IMG/VR virus record: IMGVR_UViG_3300042564_002819
Span: 1-64,000 of that record
Direction: 5' to 3' (one strand)
Length of the DNA stretch: 64,000 nt
Positions 53,181-62,565 of the stretch are shown one piece after another. The position numbers and the translations under genes are program-made. Each line of letters begins with the position of its first letter. Within the stretch, counting starts at the first letter, position 1. The notes beneath the pieces are model-generated. The model ran no database searches and was not told the origin of the DNA. It saw only the letters and a list, made by a program, of their open reading frames with translations.

Positions 53181-53208
53181 ACTTTAACAGAGAGATAAAG
53201 ATTTATAT

Positions 53209-54723
53209 ATGACTGATATAGTCTTTCTTACTTTACCAAGATTAGAACTTAGAGCACCGATAACTGCTCCTGCATTGTTAAAATCGATGGTTGAAAAGCA
53301 TGGATATACTGCATTTTGCTATGATTTAAATCTAGATTTGTGGCACAGTATAGATGCATCTACCTACGGACATGTTTGGTTTGACACTGATCTAACATTT
53401 AGATACGAAGACAAGTTTAAAGATTTTTGGAATTCGCATATCTTGCCGTGTGTACCAAGATGGATTGAAACTATTAAATCTAAAAATACATCGTGGGTTG
53501 GGATTACTATTTTTAGTCAAAGAAGTAAGTGGATTAGTATTGCAATATGCGAATTATTACGTAAAGAATTGCCTGAAGTAAAGATTGTAGCAGGTGGTCC
53601 TTTTTGCGAATTTACCGGGCCGCTGCTATATGAAAAAAATCTAGTTGATGCTTATGTAGTTGGCGAAGGCGAACTTGCTATTTTAGATATCCTTAGAGGA
53701 AATTTTTCAAATCCTGGAATAAATGGCAATGATCCTGTACAAATTGAAGATTTAGATACTATTCCTATTCCGGATTATAGTGATTTTCCAATGGAATTAT
53801 ATCCAAAAACTTGGTATGATCCAAGAATAAAAGATCACGACAAATTAGGAACAGAATTTGTATACATCACTGGCAGTAGAGGATGTGTAAGAAAGTGTAC
53901 ATTTTGTGATATACAAAGTGTTTGGCCAAAGTTTAGATTTAGAAGTGGTATTAGTATAGCAACAGAAATGTTAGAACAAAATCAAAAATACGGAAGTAAA
54001 AGATTCTTGTTTACTGACAGCTTGCTAAATGGAAGTGTTAAACAGTTAAAGGATATATGCACAACTCTTATAAAAAATAAAAAATCAGGGCGTATGACTC
54101 ATGTAAATTGGCAGGGACAGTTTATTGCACGTCCAGAACATCAAATGTCAGAAGAAGTTTATTCATTAATGTACGAAGCGGGCCTTAGATTTGTAAGCAT
54201 CGGAGTCGAAAGTGGTAGCGAAAAAGTTCGAAACGATATGAAAAAAATGTTCGACGATTCTGCTATGGACTTTACATTTAACATGTGTGCAAAGTATAAA
54301 ATAGAAATGGCCTGGTTATTGCTTGTGGGGTATCCGACTGAAACAGAGGAAGAGTTTCAAAAAACACTTACTATGCTAGAAAAGTACCAATGGATTAACC
54401 AACAAGGGCTAATACGTAGCATTGCGTTAGGTCCAACGTTAGATATAGTTCCAGGATCGCCACTTTACAAAAATCAAGAAAAATTAGGAATTACTTGGGA
54501 CTCAAACAATCATTGGGTATATAAAGATAATACTCGAGAGATTAGAATTAAGAGATGGCTTAGATTAAAAGAAAAATGCATAGAGCTCGGATATCCAGTC
54601 GTAGAAAAAGCAACAGATCATCTTTTAGCCGAATTAGAAAAGATAACTGCACAAAAAAGTCAAGTAAACCATATTTACGATCATTATAATGAATTATCTG
54701 GAGCAATGGGGCCTAGCGTATAA
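53209..54723 (+). CDS. Cobalamin-binding (class B-like) radical SAM protein
   Basis: APALLKS, IVAGGP, VVGEGE, GSRGCVRKCTFC, FTDSLLNG, GVESGS, LVGYPTET. Confidence 0.87.
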   Translation: MTDIVFLTLPRLELRAPITAPALLKSMVEKHGYTAFCYDLNLDLWHSIDASTYGHVWFDTDLTFRYEDKFKDFWNSHILPCVPRWIETIKSKNTSWVGITIFSQRSKWISIAICELLRKELPEVKIVAGGPFCEFTGPLLYEKNLVDAYVVGEGELAILDILRGNFSNPGINGNDPVQIEDLDTIPIPDYSDFPMELYPKTWYDPRIKDHDKLGTEFVYITGSRGCVRKCTFCDIQSVWPKFRFRSGISIATEMLEQNQKYGSKRFLFTDSLLNGSVKQLKDICTTLIKNKKSGRMTHVNWQGQFIARPEHQMSEEVYSLMYEAGLRFVSIGVESGSEKVRNDMKKMFDDSAMDFTFNMCAKYKIEMAWLLLVGYPTETEEEFQKTLTMLEKYQWINQQGLIRSIALGPTLDIVPGSPLYKNQEKLGITWDSNNHWVYKDNTREIRIKRWLRLKEKCIELGYPVVEKATDHLLAELEKITAQKSQVNHIYDHYNELSGAMGPSV

Positions 54724-54731
54724 GGAAAAAC

Positions 54732-55442
54732 ATGGAAGATTATATTGTACTTAAAAATGTGTTAACTCCCGAAGATATAAAAAATCTAAATGACATAAAA
54801 AGTCTGCTAAAGGACGATCCAGAATCTCATAGACCAAGAGCATCAAACGGAAAAAGACACAATAATGTATATAACATAACTGACAAAACAGTATACACAT
54901 TGGATCAGATTACCAAATGGCTCGATAACTATATGCCTTGGGATAAAGAAATTTATGAATACTGGGGAGTAAATTTTTACGACTTGCAAAATCCGTATGC
55001 ATTACACAGTGACGGAAACGATACTAGACGGGCGTTTTATCAAGGAATTATTCCACTTTCAGTAGAACCGAGCGACAAAGATGCATATACTATAATTTTT
55101 GATCAAACAGCAGATACCAACACTGAATGGATTTCGTCTGTGTATAATAAACCGGATGATTACGAACCGTTTTATAATAAGGGTATTCGAGATCCTAGTT
55201 ACTTCGGAGGCTGGTCAGACGAATATAAAATAGACGACGAAGTAGGATACAAACACTGGGGTAAAAAATGGAATACCACATTTAAAGAGGCCTACAAAGG
55301 TTTTAGCATAAAATATGAATATAAGTGGGAAGTTGGAGACATTTTCTTTTTTGATAGTAAGTTTACTCACTGTGCAACTGAATTAGCAGAAAAAGAAATA
55401 AATCAAAAAACAGGCTTGCTTTTTTGTTTAAATAGGAAATAA
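54732..55442 (+). CDS. 2OG-Fe(II) oxygenase-like protein
   Basis: YALHSD (HxD), WEVGDIFFFDSKFTHCA. Confidence 0.65.
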   Translation: MEDYIVLKNVLTPEDIKNLNDIKSLLKDDPESHRPRASNGKRHNNVYNITDKTVYTLDQITKWLDNYMPWDKEIYEYWGVNFYDLQNPYALHSDGNDTRRAFYQGIIPLSVEPSDKDAYTIIFDQTADTNTEWISSVYNKPDDYEPFYNKGIRDPSYFGGWSDEYKIDDEVGYKHWGKKWNTTFKEAYKGFSIKYEYKWEVGDIFFFDSKFTHCATELAEKEINQKTGLLFCLNRK

Positions 55443-55443
55443 A

Positions 55444-56250
55444 ATGCGTGTAGAAGAACTTAACAGATACTTTTCAACTGCTGTACCGTTTGCAAGTGTT
55501 GAAGATGTCGAAATAAAACAATATTATTATACAGACTTAGATAAAATAGAAATTGCTGTTCCAAGAAACGGTGCACCAATGGGAATGTTTTTGTCAGGCG
55601 GCCCTGATAGTGCCCTTACAGCCTACTTGTTAGTAAAAACAATTAAAGAATTTGGATTTAACAACCCTGTTTATCCTATAACTACTGAATTTCTTGCAAG
55701 GCCTTACAATATAAAATACGCTTGGGGAGTGTTAAGAAAAATAGAAGAACTATTAGATTTTAAATTTGAACAGCATCTTATTTTTCCTATGCCTAACCAT
55801 GCACTACCAATTAGTGACGAAGATAAAAAAGTAATCATGTCATTTAATATACAAGAATACCATGATAGATACAATCTAAGTTGTATTGTAAATGGACTAA
55901 CTGCAAATCCACCTATATCTGAAGTCGGAGATACAAAATACGGCGATAGTTCTAAAGAGCGTGACGAAGCAGAAGTTATTTTAAAAAAATTAAAAAGCAA
56001 GCGTGTGCAATATCCATTCTTATTTTCTAATAAAAGAGTAGTTTCATATTTTTATAATCATTTTGACTTGCTCGAAACCCTTTTCCCTATCACTCGTTCG
56101 TGTGAAGCTGAGATGCACGAAACCGAATATTTTACAAAAGATTGCTTTCAAGTAAGACGAGAAGAAAGATATTGCTGGTGGTGCAGAGAAAGACAATGGG
56201 GATTTGAAAAATACAGACCTGACGATTTTGTAAATAGGTTTAAAGGATAA
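55444..56250 (+). CDS. QueC-like PP-loop ATPase, paralog 1
   Basis: FLSGGPDSAL; C-terminal TRSCE...C....YCWWCRERQWG. Confidence 0.7.
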   Translation: MRVEELNRYFSTAVPFASVEDVEIKQYYYTDLDKIEIAVPRNGAPMGMFLSGGPDSALTAYLLVKTIKEFGFNNPVYPITTEFLARPYNIKYAWGVLRKIEELLDFKFEQHLIFPMPNHALPISDEDKKVIMSFNIQEYHDRYNLSCIVNGLTANPPISEVGDTKYGDSSKERDEAEVILKKLKSKRVQYPFLFSNKRVVSYFYNHFDLLETLFPITRSCEAEMHETEYFTKDCFQVRREERYCWWCRERQWGFEKYRPDDFVNRFKG

Positions 56251-56258
56251 GATTAATC

Positions 56259-57014
56259 ATGAAACCAAAACACCCAAATGTCGAATTTGAGGAAATGTGG
56301 GAAGTATCTGATGGCAGTGCAACTATAATTCCTATGAATAGTAAATGGAAAGCAATAGGCGTTCAAGTATCAGGAGGTTTAGACAGTGCTGTTCTCCTGT
56401 ACTTAACTGTCAAAACAATACAAAAACATAATCTAGATGTAAAAGTTGTTCCTATTAGTTTAGAAATTTACAATAAAGCAAAGAATTTAGAGAGTTCTAG
56501 AGCAGTAATACAAAAAGTTAAAGACATTACAGGATTTAAAAACTGGGGAGAATCGGTAGAAGCTATTGGAAAACCTTCTCAAGCAGAATTTATCGGAAAA
56601 AACAGTTTTTTTAGTTCTGTTATTAATACACTATTTTTAAAAAAAGCAATAGATTTTGAAATTAACGGAGTGACTAAAAACCCTCCTTTAGAAGTGTGTA
56701 AAGATTTTAAATTTAACGAATACAGAGAATTTGCAAGAGACAATCCGCGAACTATATACAACGGAATGCGAAATGCTAGTCCACACGCTTTTGTAGATAA
56801 AAAAGGAATAGTAGAACATTATATCAATCATAATCTAGTTGATGAAATAATTCCGCTAACGCTCTCTTGTGATGAAAAATTAGATATAATAATAAAAAAT
56901 GATTGGCCAATTCCTTGTGGCACCTGTTGGTGGTGCAGAGAAAGAAGATGGGGCCTCGAATCTCACAATCTTGATTATCAAAAATATAGTCCGTTAAATG
57001 CATATACCAAGTAA
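56259..57014 (+). CDS. QueC-like PP-loop ATPase, paralog 2
   Basis: QVSGGLDSAVL; C-terminal TLSCD...CGTCWWCRERRWG, like the QueC zinc site (T.SC...CG.C..C..R). Confidence 0.72.
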   Translation: MKPKHPNVEFEEMWEVSDGSATIIPMNSKWKAIGVQVSGGLDSAVLLYLTVKTIQKHNLDVKVVPISLEIYNKAKNLESSRAVIQKVKDITGFKNWGESVEAIGKPSQAEFIGKNSFFSSVINTLFLKKAIDFEINGVTKNPPLEVCKDFKFNEYREFARDNPRTIYNGMRNASPHAFVDKKGIVEHYINHNLVDEIIPLTLSCDEKLDIIIKNDWPIPCGTCWWCRERRWGLESHNLDYQKYSPLNAYTK

Positions 57015-58182
57015 AACTTTTTGCAGCATGGCTTGGAACCATCAGTTTATCGATCCTACAGGACGAGTTAAGCCGTGTTGCAGATTTGCAGAAAAATTTA
57101 GACCAGTAGAAAACAATCTTAACAATAAAACATTGAGTGAAGTGTTTTATGGCGAGTGGATGACTGATATTCGACAAAAAATGCTAGCCGGAGACACTGT
57201 GCCGGGCTGCATTAGATGCTATCAAGAAGAAGCAGCCGGTAAAAAAAGTCTGCGAGAACGTTACCACGAAAACAAAGATCTTCCTATAGACGAGCTAGTT
57301 AATCTAACAAATCCAACTATTCGTTGGATAGAGCTTGCTATTAGCAACGATTGTAATCTTGCATGTAGGATGTGCGACAGTCGTTATGCGTGGAAATGGT
57401 TTAAAGAAGAAAAAGAGATGTACGGGTCCACTCTTAACACTGTTGAACACAGCAAAAGTGACATATCAAACATCTTTCCATTTATAAACGATCTAGTACA
57501 TATAAAATTTACAGGCGGAGAACCATTATTAACAAAAGATCAATGGCTATTAGTTGATAAAATGCTTGAGGAAAGAGACTGTAGTGACATTTTATTAAAT
57601 TATTCAACTAATTGTACAATAATGCCAAAAGACAGTTGGGTTGAAAAATGGAAAAAATTTAAACAAGTTGAATTTGCATTAAGTTTTGATAGTGCAAATC
57701 CTGCAGAATCTGAATATATACGTTGGCCTGCAAAATTTGAAACAACCGAAGCAGTTACAAAAAGATTTTTAGAACTTAAAAAAGAACATGGATTTCATGT
57801 ATTTTTAAGAAGTACTATAAGTTTATTGAATGTTTGGTACATGCCAGAAAGTATGCAATGGTGGCACGACAACGATCCTTCGTCAGTTAAAATAATGAAT
57901 CCTACACACTTGACATATCCCGAAAACTTATCTGTTACAGTATTACCACAGCATATTAAAGAAAGAATCACTTTAAAATTTGTTGATTATCAAAAAAATT
58001 GTAATATTAAAAAGATAAATGAAAGTTTAGAATACATCAAAAATTACATGAATAGCAAGGATGACAGTCATTTACTTCCGAGTTTAAAATCATATATAAC
58101 TCAGACCGATGCTTATAGAAATCAAGATTTTTTTAAAAACTATCCTCAATTTTCAGATATATTTGAACAATTGTGTGTTTGA
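56998..58182 (+). CDS. Radical SAM protein with N-terminal SPASM/twitch-like domain
   Basis: FCSMAW...KPCC...CIRC..E..GKKSLR; CNLACRMC; TGGEP. Confidence 0.88.
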   Translation: MHIPSKTFCSMAWNHQFIDPTGRVKPCCRFAEKFRPVENNLNNKTLSEVFYGEWMTDIRQKMLAGDTVPGCIRCYQEEAAGKKSLRERYHENKDLPIDELVNLTNPTIRWIELAISNDCNLACRMCDSRYAWKWFKEEKEMYGSTLNTVEHSKSDISNIFPFINDLVHIKFTGGEPLLTKDQWLLVDKMLEERDCSDILLNYSTNCTIMPKDSWVEKWKKFKQVEFALSFDSANPAESEYIRWPAKFETTEAVTKRFLELKKEHGFHVFLRSTISLLNVWYMPESMQWWHDNDPSSVKIMNPTHLTYPENLSVTVLPQHIKERITLKFVDYQKNCNIKKINESLEYIKNYMNSKDDSHLLPSLKSYITQTDAYRNQDFFKNYPQFSDIFEQLCV

Positions 58183-59255
58183 TATTGTTTATACATATAA
58201 GAATCTTTTTTGCAATTTATTATGCAACTAGTACAAACATTATCAGATTTCCATGTTTCTTTGATCTTTTTAAAAATTTTAACTTGATCTAATATCCTAT
58301 CTATCGGATTTAATATTACATTGTTAAAAAAATAATCCTTTCTTATAGAATCTTTAAAAATTTCAACTATACTATCATATAGTATATTTTGTTTATAGTC
58401 TTGTTCGAATCCTATTGCAGTATGACAACACGGCCAAAGTCTCTGATCGTACGATAAAAACACACTGTTTTCATTTAAAGCATTACAAGATATTTTTCCT
58501 TTTCTCACTATCTTAGGACTTTCTAAACTATTTGCATACCCAACATCGGCACCATAATATTTGTGCCATTTTTTATCAAAGTGTTTAGTATCTCGTACAA
58601 TGTCGTTATTTTTAATATTATATGGTTCTAAAAAGTATGAATGTTCTAAATTTTTATCTACTACTGATAATTTTTTTTCTTTAAATCTTGTTGATTCTCT
58701 TGTAGCAAATTCGGTAAACTTGAGGTCAAATGCTAGTTTTTTGCATTCATCTATTTGATGTGCATTGTGTTTAAAAAGAGTCATCTCCCATCTAGCTATA
58801 CCACCAGATTCAATGTATGCTTTTGCATTTTGTATAACTCGCGAAAAAGAAGTATTTCTTCTATACAAATGATGGGTATCTTCTAATCCATCAATACCAA
58901 ATCTTACTTCAACATTTGGCTGTTCGCCTAACCATTTCCAAAATTCTAATGATTGTGCTCCGCCGTTTGTATGTATATTGATTTTAAAATTTAATTCAAC
59001 AAATACTTCTATTATCGATTTTGGATTAGTGTGCATTACAATATCTCCAAAATTTCCATTTATTAGTACCGTTTCGATGTCTTTAAAGAAAGGATGAGCT
59101 AATGTATTTTTTAAGTCAACTGCATTCCACTCTGAAATATTTAAGCGTGGATAAGTTTCTAGACTAGTTTCAAACGTCCTAGGACATTGCGGACATCTTG
59201 CATTACACGCACTAGTCGGTTCAAAATGAAGCATAGTTATAGGTGATGAATACAT
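58146..59255 (-). CDS. Radical SAM protein with C-terminal twitch-like domain
   Basis: CNARCPQC, INGNFGD, TNG; C-terminal C...WPCC...CIINC. Confidence 0.88.
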   Translation of the reverse strand: MYSSPITMLHFEPTSACNARCPQCPRTFETSLETYPRLNISEWNAVDLKNTLAHPFFKDIETVLINGNFGDIVMHTNPKSIIEVFVELNFKINIHTNGGAQSLEFWKWLGEQPNVEVRFGIDGLEDTHHLYRRNTSFSRVIQNAKAYIESGGIARWEMTLFKHNAHQIDECKKLAFDLKFTEFATRESTRFKEKKLSVVDKNLEHSYFLEPYNIKNNDIVRDTKHFDKKWHKYYGADVGYANSLESPKIVRKGKISCNALNENSVFLSYDQRLWPCCHTAIGFEQDYKQNILYDSIVEIFKDSIRKDYFFNNVILNPIDRILDQVKIFKKIKETWKSDNVCTSCIINCKKDSYMYKQYQTHNCSNISEN

Positions 59256-59257
59256 GT

Positions 59258-60481
59258 TTACTCCTCGTAATATTCGTAGTATTTTAATTTTTCGTTAATA
59301 TAGTCTTGTAATAATGGGTTTACATCTTTTAGTGACAGTTTTCTTACTTTGCTAAAATACTCAATTGCTTCACTAAATTGTTTAATTCTACGTAATGTTA
59401 TATCTGAGCCGATTGTATTATATACTACTTGCAAATTTTCAATAATTTCTTCGTAGTTATCAAATCGATTTCTAAATTTATTTACAATTTTTATAGATCT
59501 TTTAACATACTTTTTAAATCTGTCGTCAAGAAATCCTACTGTTATACCCGGAGTGTAAACAATATTGGCTTTTACATCAATTTTAATTTTGTATTTCATA
59601 GTAATATAAATTAAAAAATTAAAATAGTCAGGCAACATTGTTATAGATATTGGATTTATTGCCATGTTTGTACTCATTAAATATCCTGTATTTGCCCACT
59701 TTTTAAAATTTTCAACAAATCTATCGTAAGAGCATCCATATCTAATATATTCAAAATTTTGTCCAACACTTTCAGCACTGATAGATATTAAGTAATTTAA
59801 ATTTGGATATTTTTGTTTGTAAAAACTCATTTTTTCTAAACACTTATCCATTATCTTAGGAGGAGTATTTGCATTTGTTTGTATAGTTAATAAGAGATAT
59901 GTATTCGGATCTGTATTTTTATAAAAACTCTCAATGGTCAAATCCAACAGTTCTTTTTTGTTTATACTCATTAGTAAAGGCTCTCCTCCTAAGAGTATTA
60001 TTTCGTAATAGTCATCTTCTTTTTTATTTTTAGCAACTTCGGAAATATAATTAAAAACATAGTCAGCATATTTTTTAGGAGTATGTTTATTTTTTATTTC
60101 TCTGTCAGCCCACGTTGGCGGCTCAACACTTGTATTTAATATTTCTTGTTCCCATTTACTACTGTAAATTCTACTACAATAGACACAAGCAGAATCACAG
60201 GTATTGTCAAAGTAAAGTTCAATTTGATATTTGTTCGGTCGTTTTTCGTAATGTTCGTTGCCGTGCATTCTCCACGATTTATTTTTAGAAAACTCAGCTT
60301 TCCAACAAGTATTACAAGAATTATTTTTTATACCATTTTGCAAATCTGTTTTTATTTTTTCAAGGTCGTCTGTAAACATTTCTGCACCAGGATGCATTTT
60401 ACAACAAAGACATACTGTATTTTCTAACGGTCTGAATACTATTTCATGAGAACTTCTTTTACATCCAAGATTATCTTGCAT
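59258..60481 (-). CDS. Radical SAM protein with N-terminal SPASM/twitch-like domain
   Basis: GCKR...CLCC...CNTCWKAE; CDSACVYC; LGGEP. Confidence 0.85.
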   Translation of the reverse strand: MQDNLGCKRSSHEIVFRPLENTVCLCCKMHPGAEMFTDDLEKIKTDLQNGIKNNSCNTCWKAEFSKNKSWRMHGNEHYEKRPNKYQIELYFDNTCDSACVYCSRIYSSKWEQEILNTSVEPPTWADREIKNKHTPKKYADYVFNYISEVAKNKKEDDYYEIILLGGEPLLMSINKKELLDLTIESFYKNTDPNTYLLLTIQTNANTPPKIMDKCLEKMSFYKQKYPNLNYLISISAESVGQNFEYIRYGCSYDRFVENFKKWANTGYLMSTNMAINPISITMLPDYFNFLIYITMKYKIKIDVKANIVYTPGITVGFLDDRFKKYVKRSIKIVNKFRNRFDNYEEIIENLQVVYNTIGSDITLRRIKQFSEAIEYFSKVRKLSLKDVNPLLQDYINEKLKYYEYYEE

Positions 60482-61691
60482 TTTGTTTTACCTTAGTTGC
60501 CCAATTTGCTAATTCTGGATTATAATCATAAATGTTAAATCCTCTTAGAGAATTAATATAATCGATCCATCGCAATGCATGAGAATTGTCTTCATCAGTT
60601 GCCGAATATTTTAAAGTCTTTAATCTTTCTGTTCTTTCAAAAATTATAGGATTTTTTAAATATTCTGTATTGTTAAAAAAATCATTTACTAATCTATCTA
60701 TGTCGTTTTGTGGAACGATACTATATGCAGAATACTTTGGAAGAAAAACATAGTAATAAGCAAATACATCTACTAATCCTGTTTTTAACAACTCGTTTGC
60801 TGATTCCTTAAGAGTCCATAATGTATAGAGTGAAACTGTACTACTTGCTATAACTCTTTTTCCTGTTCTTCTTAAATATGTTTCCATATTTTCAAGTGTT
60901 TGTTCATAAGGAGTACTACGTATCCATTCGTAGATTTTTCCTGTGCCGTCAAGACTTGCAGTAACTAATAATTCAACATTGGGATTTTTATTTAACTTTT
61001 CTAAAATGTCCCAAATTTCTTCTGTAATTACTGCCCAATTAGAAACAATTAAAATACGCATTTCGTATTTTTTATCTACAATTTCTTTTAAAACTCTTAT
61101 ATTTCTTGGATCTGCAAAGGGCTCGCCCCCTTTAATAAGTAAAAACTTAATCGACGGTAACACTTCTAAAATCTTTTTCATGTCGTCGTCGGTGGCCTGG
61201 AAAGCCTTTGTATGTAAGTTTGATAATCCAGAATTTTCTCTAAATTCTAAACCTTCTTTTTTTGCACGTTTATCTAGTCCTATCCATTTACTGCTATAGA
61301 TACTTCCGCACATAGCACAGCTTTGATTACATAAGTTACTTGGAGTATACTCTAGTGATAAAATTTGCTTTCTCGAAGAATTAAAATTTTCATCCGACCA
61401 AGGAAGATTAACATAATGATCGTTGTCTATATGGGCAGGAATTCCATTTTCTCTATTGTCTTTGCAAGCTACACATGCACTTGGCCATTCACCTTTTTTA
61501 AATTTATTACGAATGCCATTTATTATGTCATTGTTGTAATAGTCAGTTAATGATGCTACCTCGCTAATATATGACCCGTGTTTTTTGCCAACTGTGCATA
61601 ATTTTAAATCTCCCAATGGACCAATGTTAAGTTGGCTCCACGGGGCTTTACACATCATCGGTCTACGAGATTGATATTCTTTATCAGACAT
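60471..61691 (-). CDS. Radical SAM protein with N-terminal SPASM/twitch-like domain
   Basis: MCKAPW...KLC...CVAC; CNQSCAMC; KGGEP; probable start MSDKEY at 61691. Confidence 0.87.
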   Translation of the reverse strand: MSDKEYQSRRPMMCKAPWSQLNIGPLGDLKLCTVGKKHGSYISEVASLTDYYNNDIINGIRNKFKKGEWPSACVACKDNRENGIPAHIDNDHYVNLPWSDENFNSSRKQILSLEYTPSNLCNQSCAMCGSIYSSKWIGLDKRAKKEGLEFRENSGLSNLHTKAFQATDDDMKKILEVLPSIKFLLIKGGEPFADPRNIRVLKEIVDKKYEMRILIVSNWAVITEEIWDILEKLNKNPNVELLVTASLDGTGKIYEWIRSTPYEQTLENMETYLRRTGKRVIASSTVSLYTLWTLKESANELLKTGLVDVFAYYYVFLPKYSAYSIVPQNDIDRLVNDFFNNTEYLKNPIIFERTERLKTLKYSATDEDNSHALRWIDYINSLRGFNIYDYNPELANWATKVKQNAR

Positions 61692-62565
61692 TATATCCCC
61701 TTGCGTCAAATCTATTATCAACTAGCATTCTTAAAGGAGTTCTAACACTTACAAAAGTTCCATTATGAGATGCAATATTTATAGAATCAGTTTCTTCTAA
61801 TTTAAAATCTTTGCAAACTTTTGTATATTCTTTATTATAATTTTTCCACCAAAAGTCCGAGCCAAACCTGTCTATCATATTACACCCAATCCACATGTCG
61901 CTTACGTTATTATATCCAAAGTTATTCATAATATTTATAGGACCATCGATTTGTTCTTTACTGTATCGAACACCAATTCTTTGAGATCCCATCGAAAAGG
62001 CTTTACTTAGGCTAATTGAAAACGTCTTGATAGCAGAATGTGACAAATCTATATCAATGTTTTTACACTGTCCTAGCCATGCTGCATCTATGTGAACGTC
62101 GATAGAGTTTTTGTAACAAAAGTCTAAGAGTCGATCTATGTCGGGTATATTCCCTGCTGTTTTAACAGAAGGATAAGAAATAACTAGAACTGATCCTGAC
62201 GGTATTGCAGAATAATGTGTTACTTTTAAAATTTTTGGATTTAATCTCCAATGATATGCATACTCGCCTTCGAATATTACTAACTTATTACTGTATCTGT
62301 AATGCAGTTCGTCTATTTGCTGTGAAACACCTAATATAGCATCAGTAAATTTAAAAGACTCTAAATTTTTAATATTATTTAATTTAGAATTTTTAATCCA
62401 AGCTGTAACTTTTTCTATAAAGTATTTTGTATATTGATTGCTATCTGTTGGATATTCTTTCATATCTAGAGAATCTCGAAACCCAATAATTTTACCAACT
62501 AACATAGGAGGAATTCTAGATGTTAAAAACTTTTCTACACTTAAGTTATTATAATCCATATACAT
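61684..62565 (-). CDS. PLP-dependent enzyme (aminotransferase/decarboxylase fold type I)
   Basis: VHIDAAW and SISLSKAF (PLP lysine), RIG. Confidence 0.75.
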   Translation of the reverse strand: MYMDYNNLSVEKFLTSRIPPMLVGKIIGFRDSLDMKEYPTDSNQYTKYFIEKVTAWIKNSKLNNIKNLESFKFTDAILGVSQQIDELHYRYSNKLVIFEGEYAYHWRLNPKILKVTHYSAIPSGSVLVISYPSVKTAGNIPDIDRLLDFCYKNSIDVHIDAAWLGQCKNIDIDLSHSAIKTFSISLSKAFSMGSQRIGVRYSKEQIDGPINIMNNFGYNNVSDMWIGCNMIDRFGSDFWWKNYNKEYTKVCKDFKLEETDSINIASHNGTFVSVRTPLRMLVDNRFDARGYNV

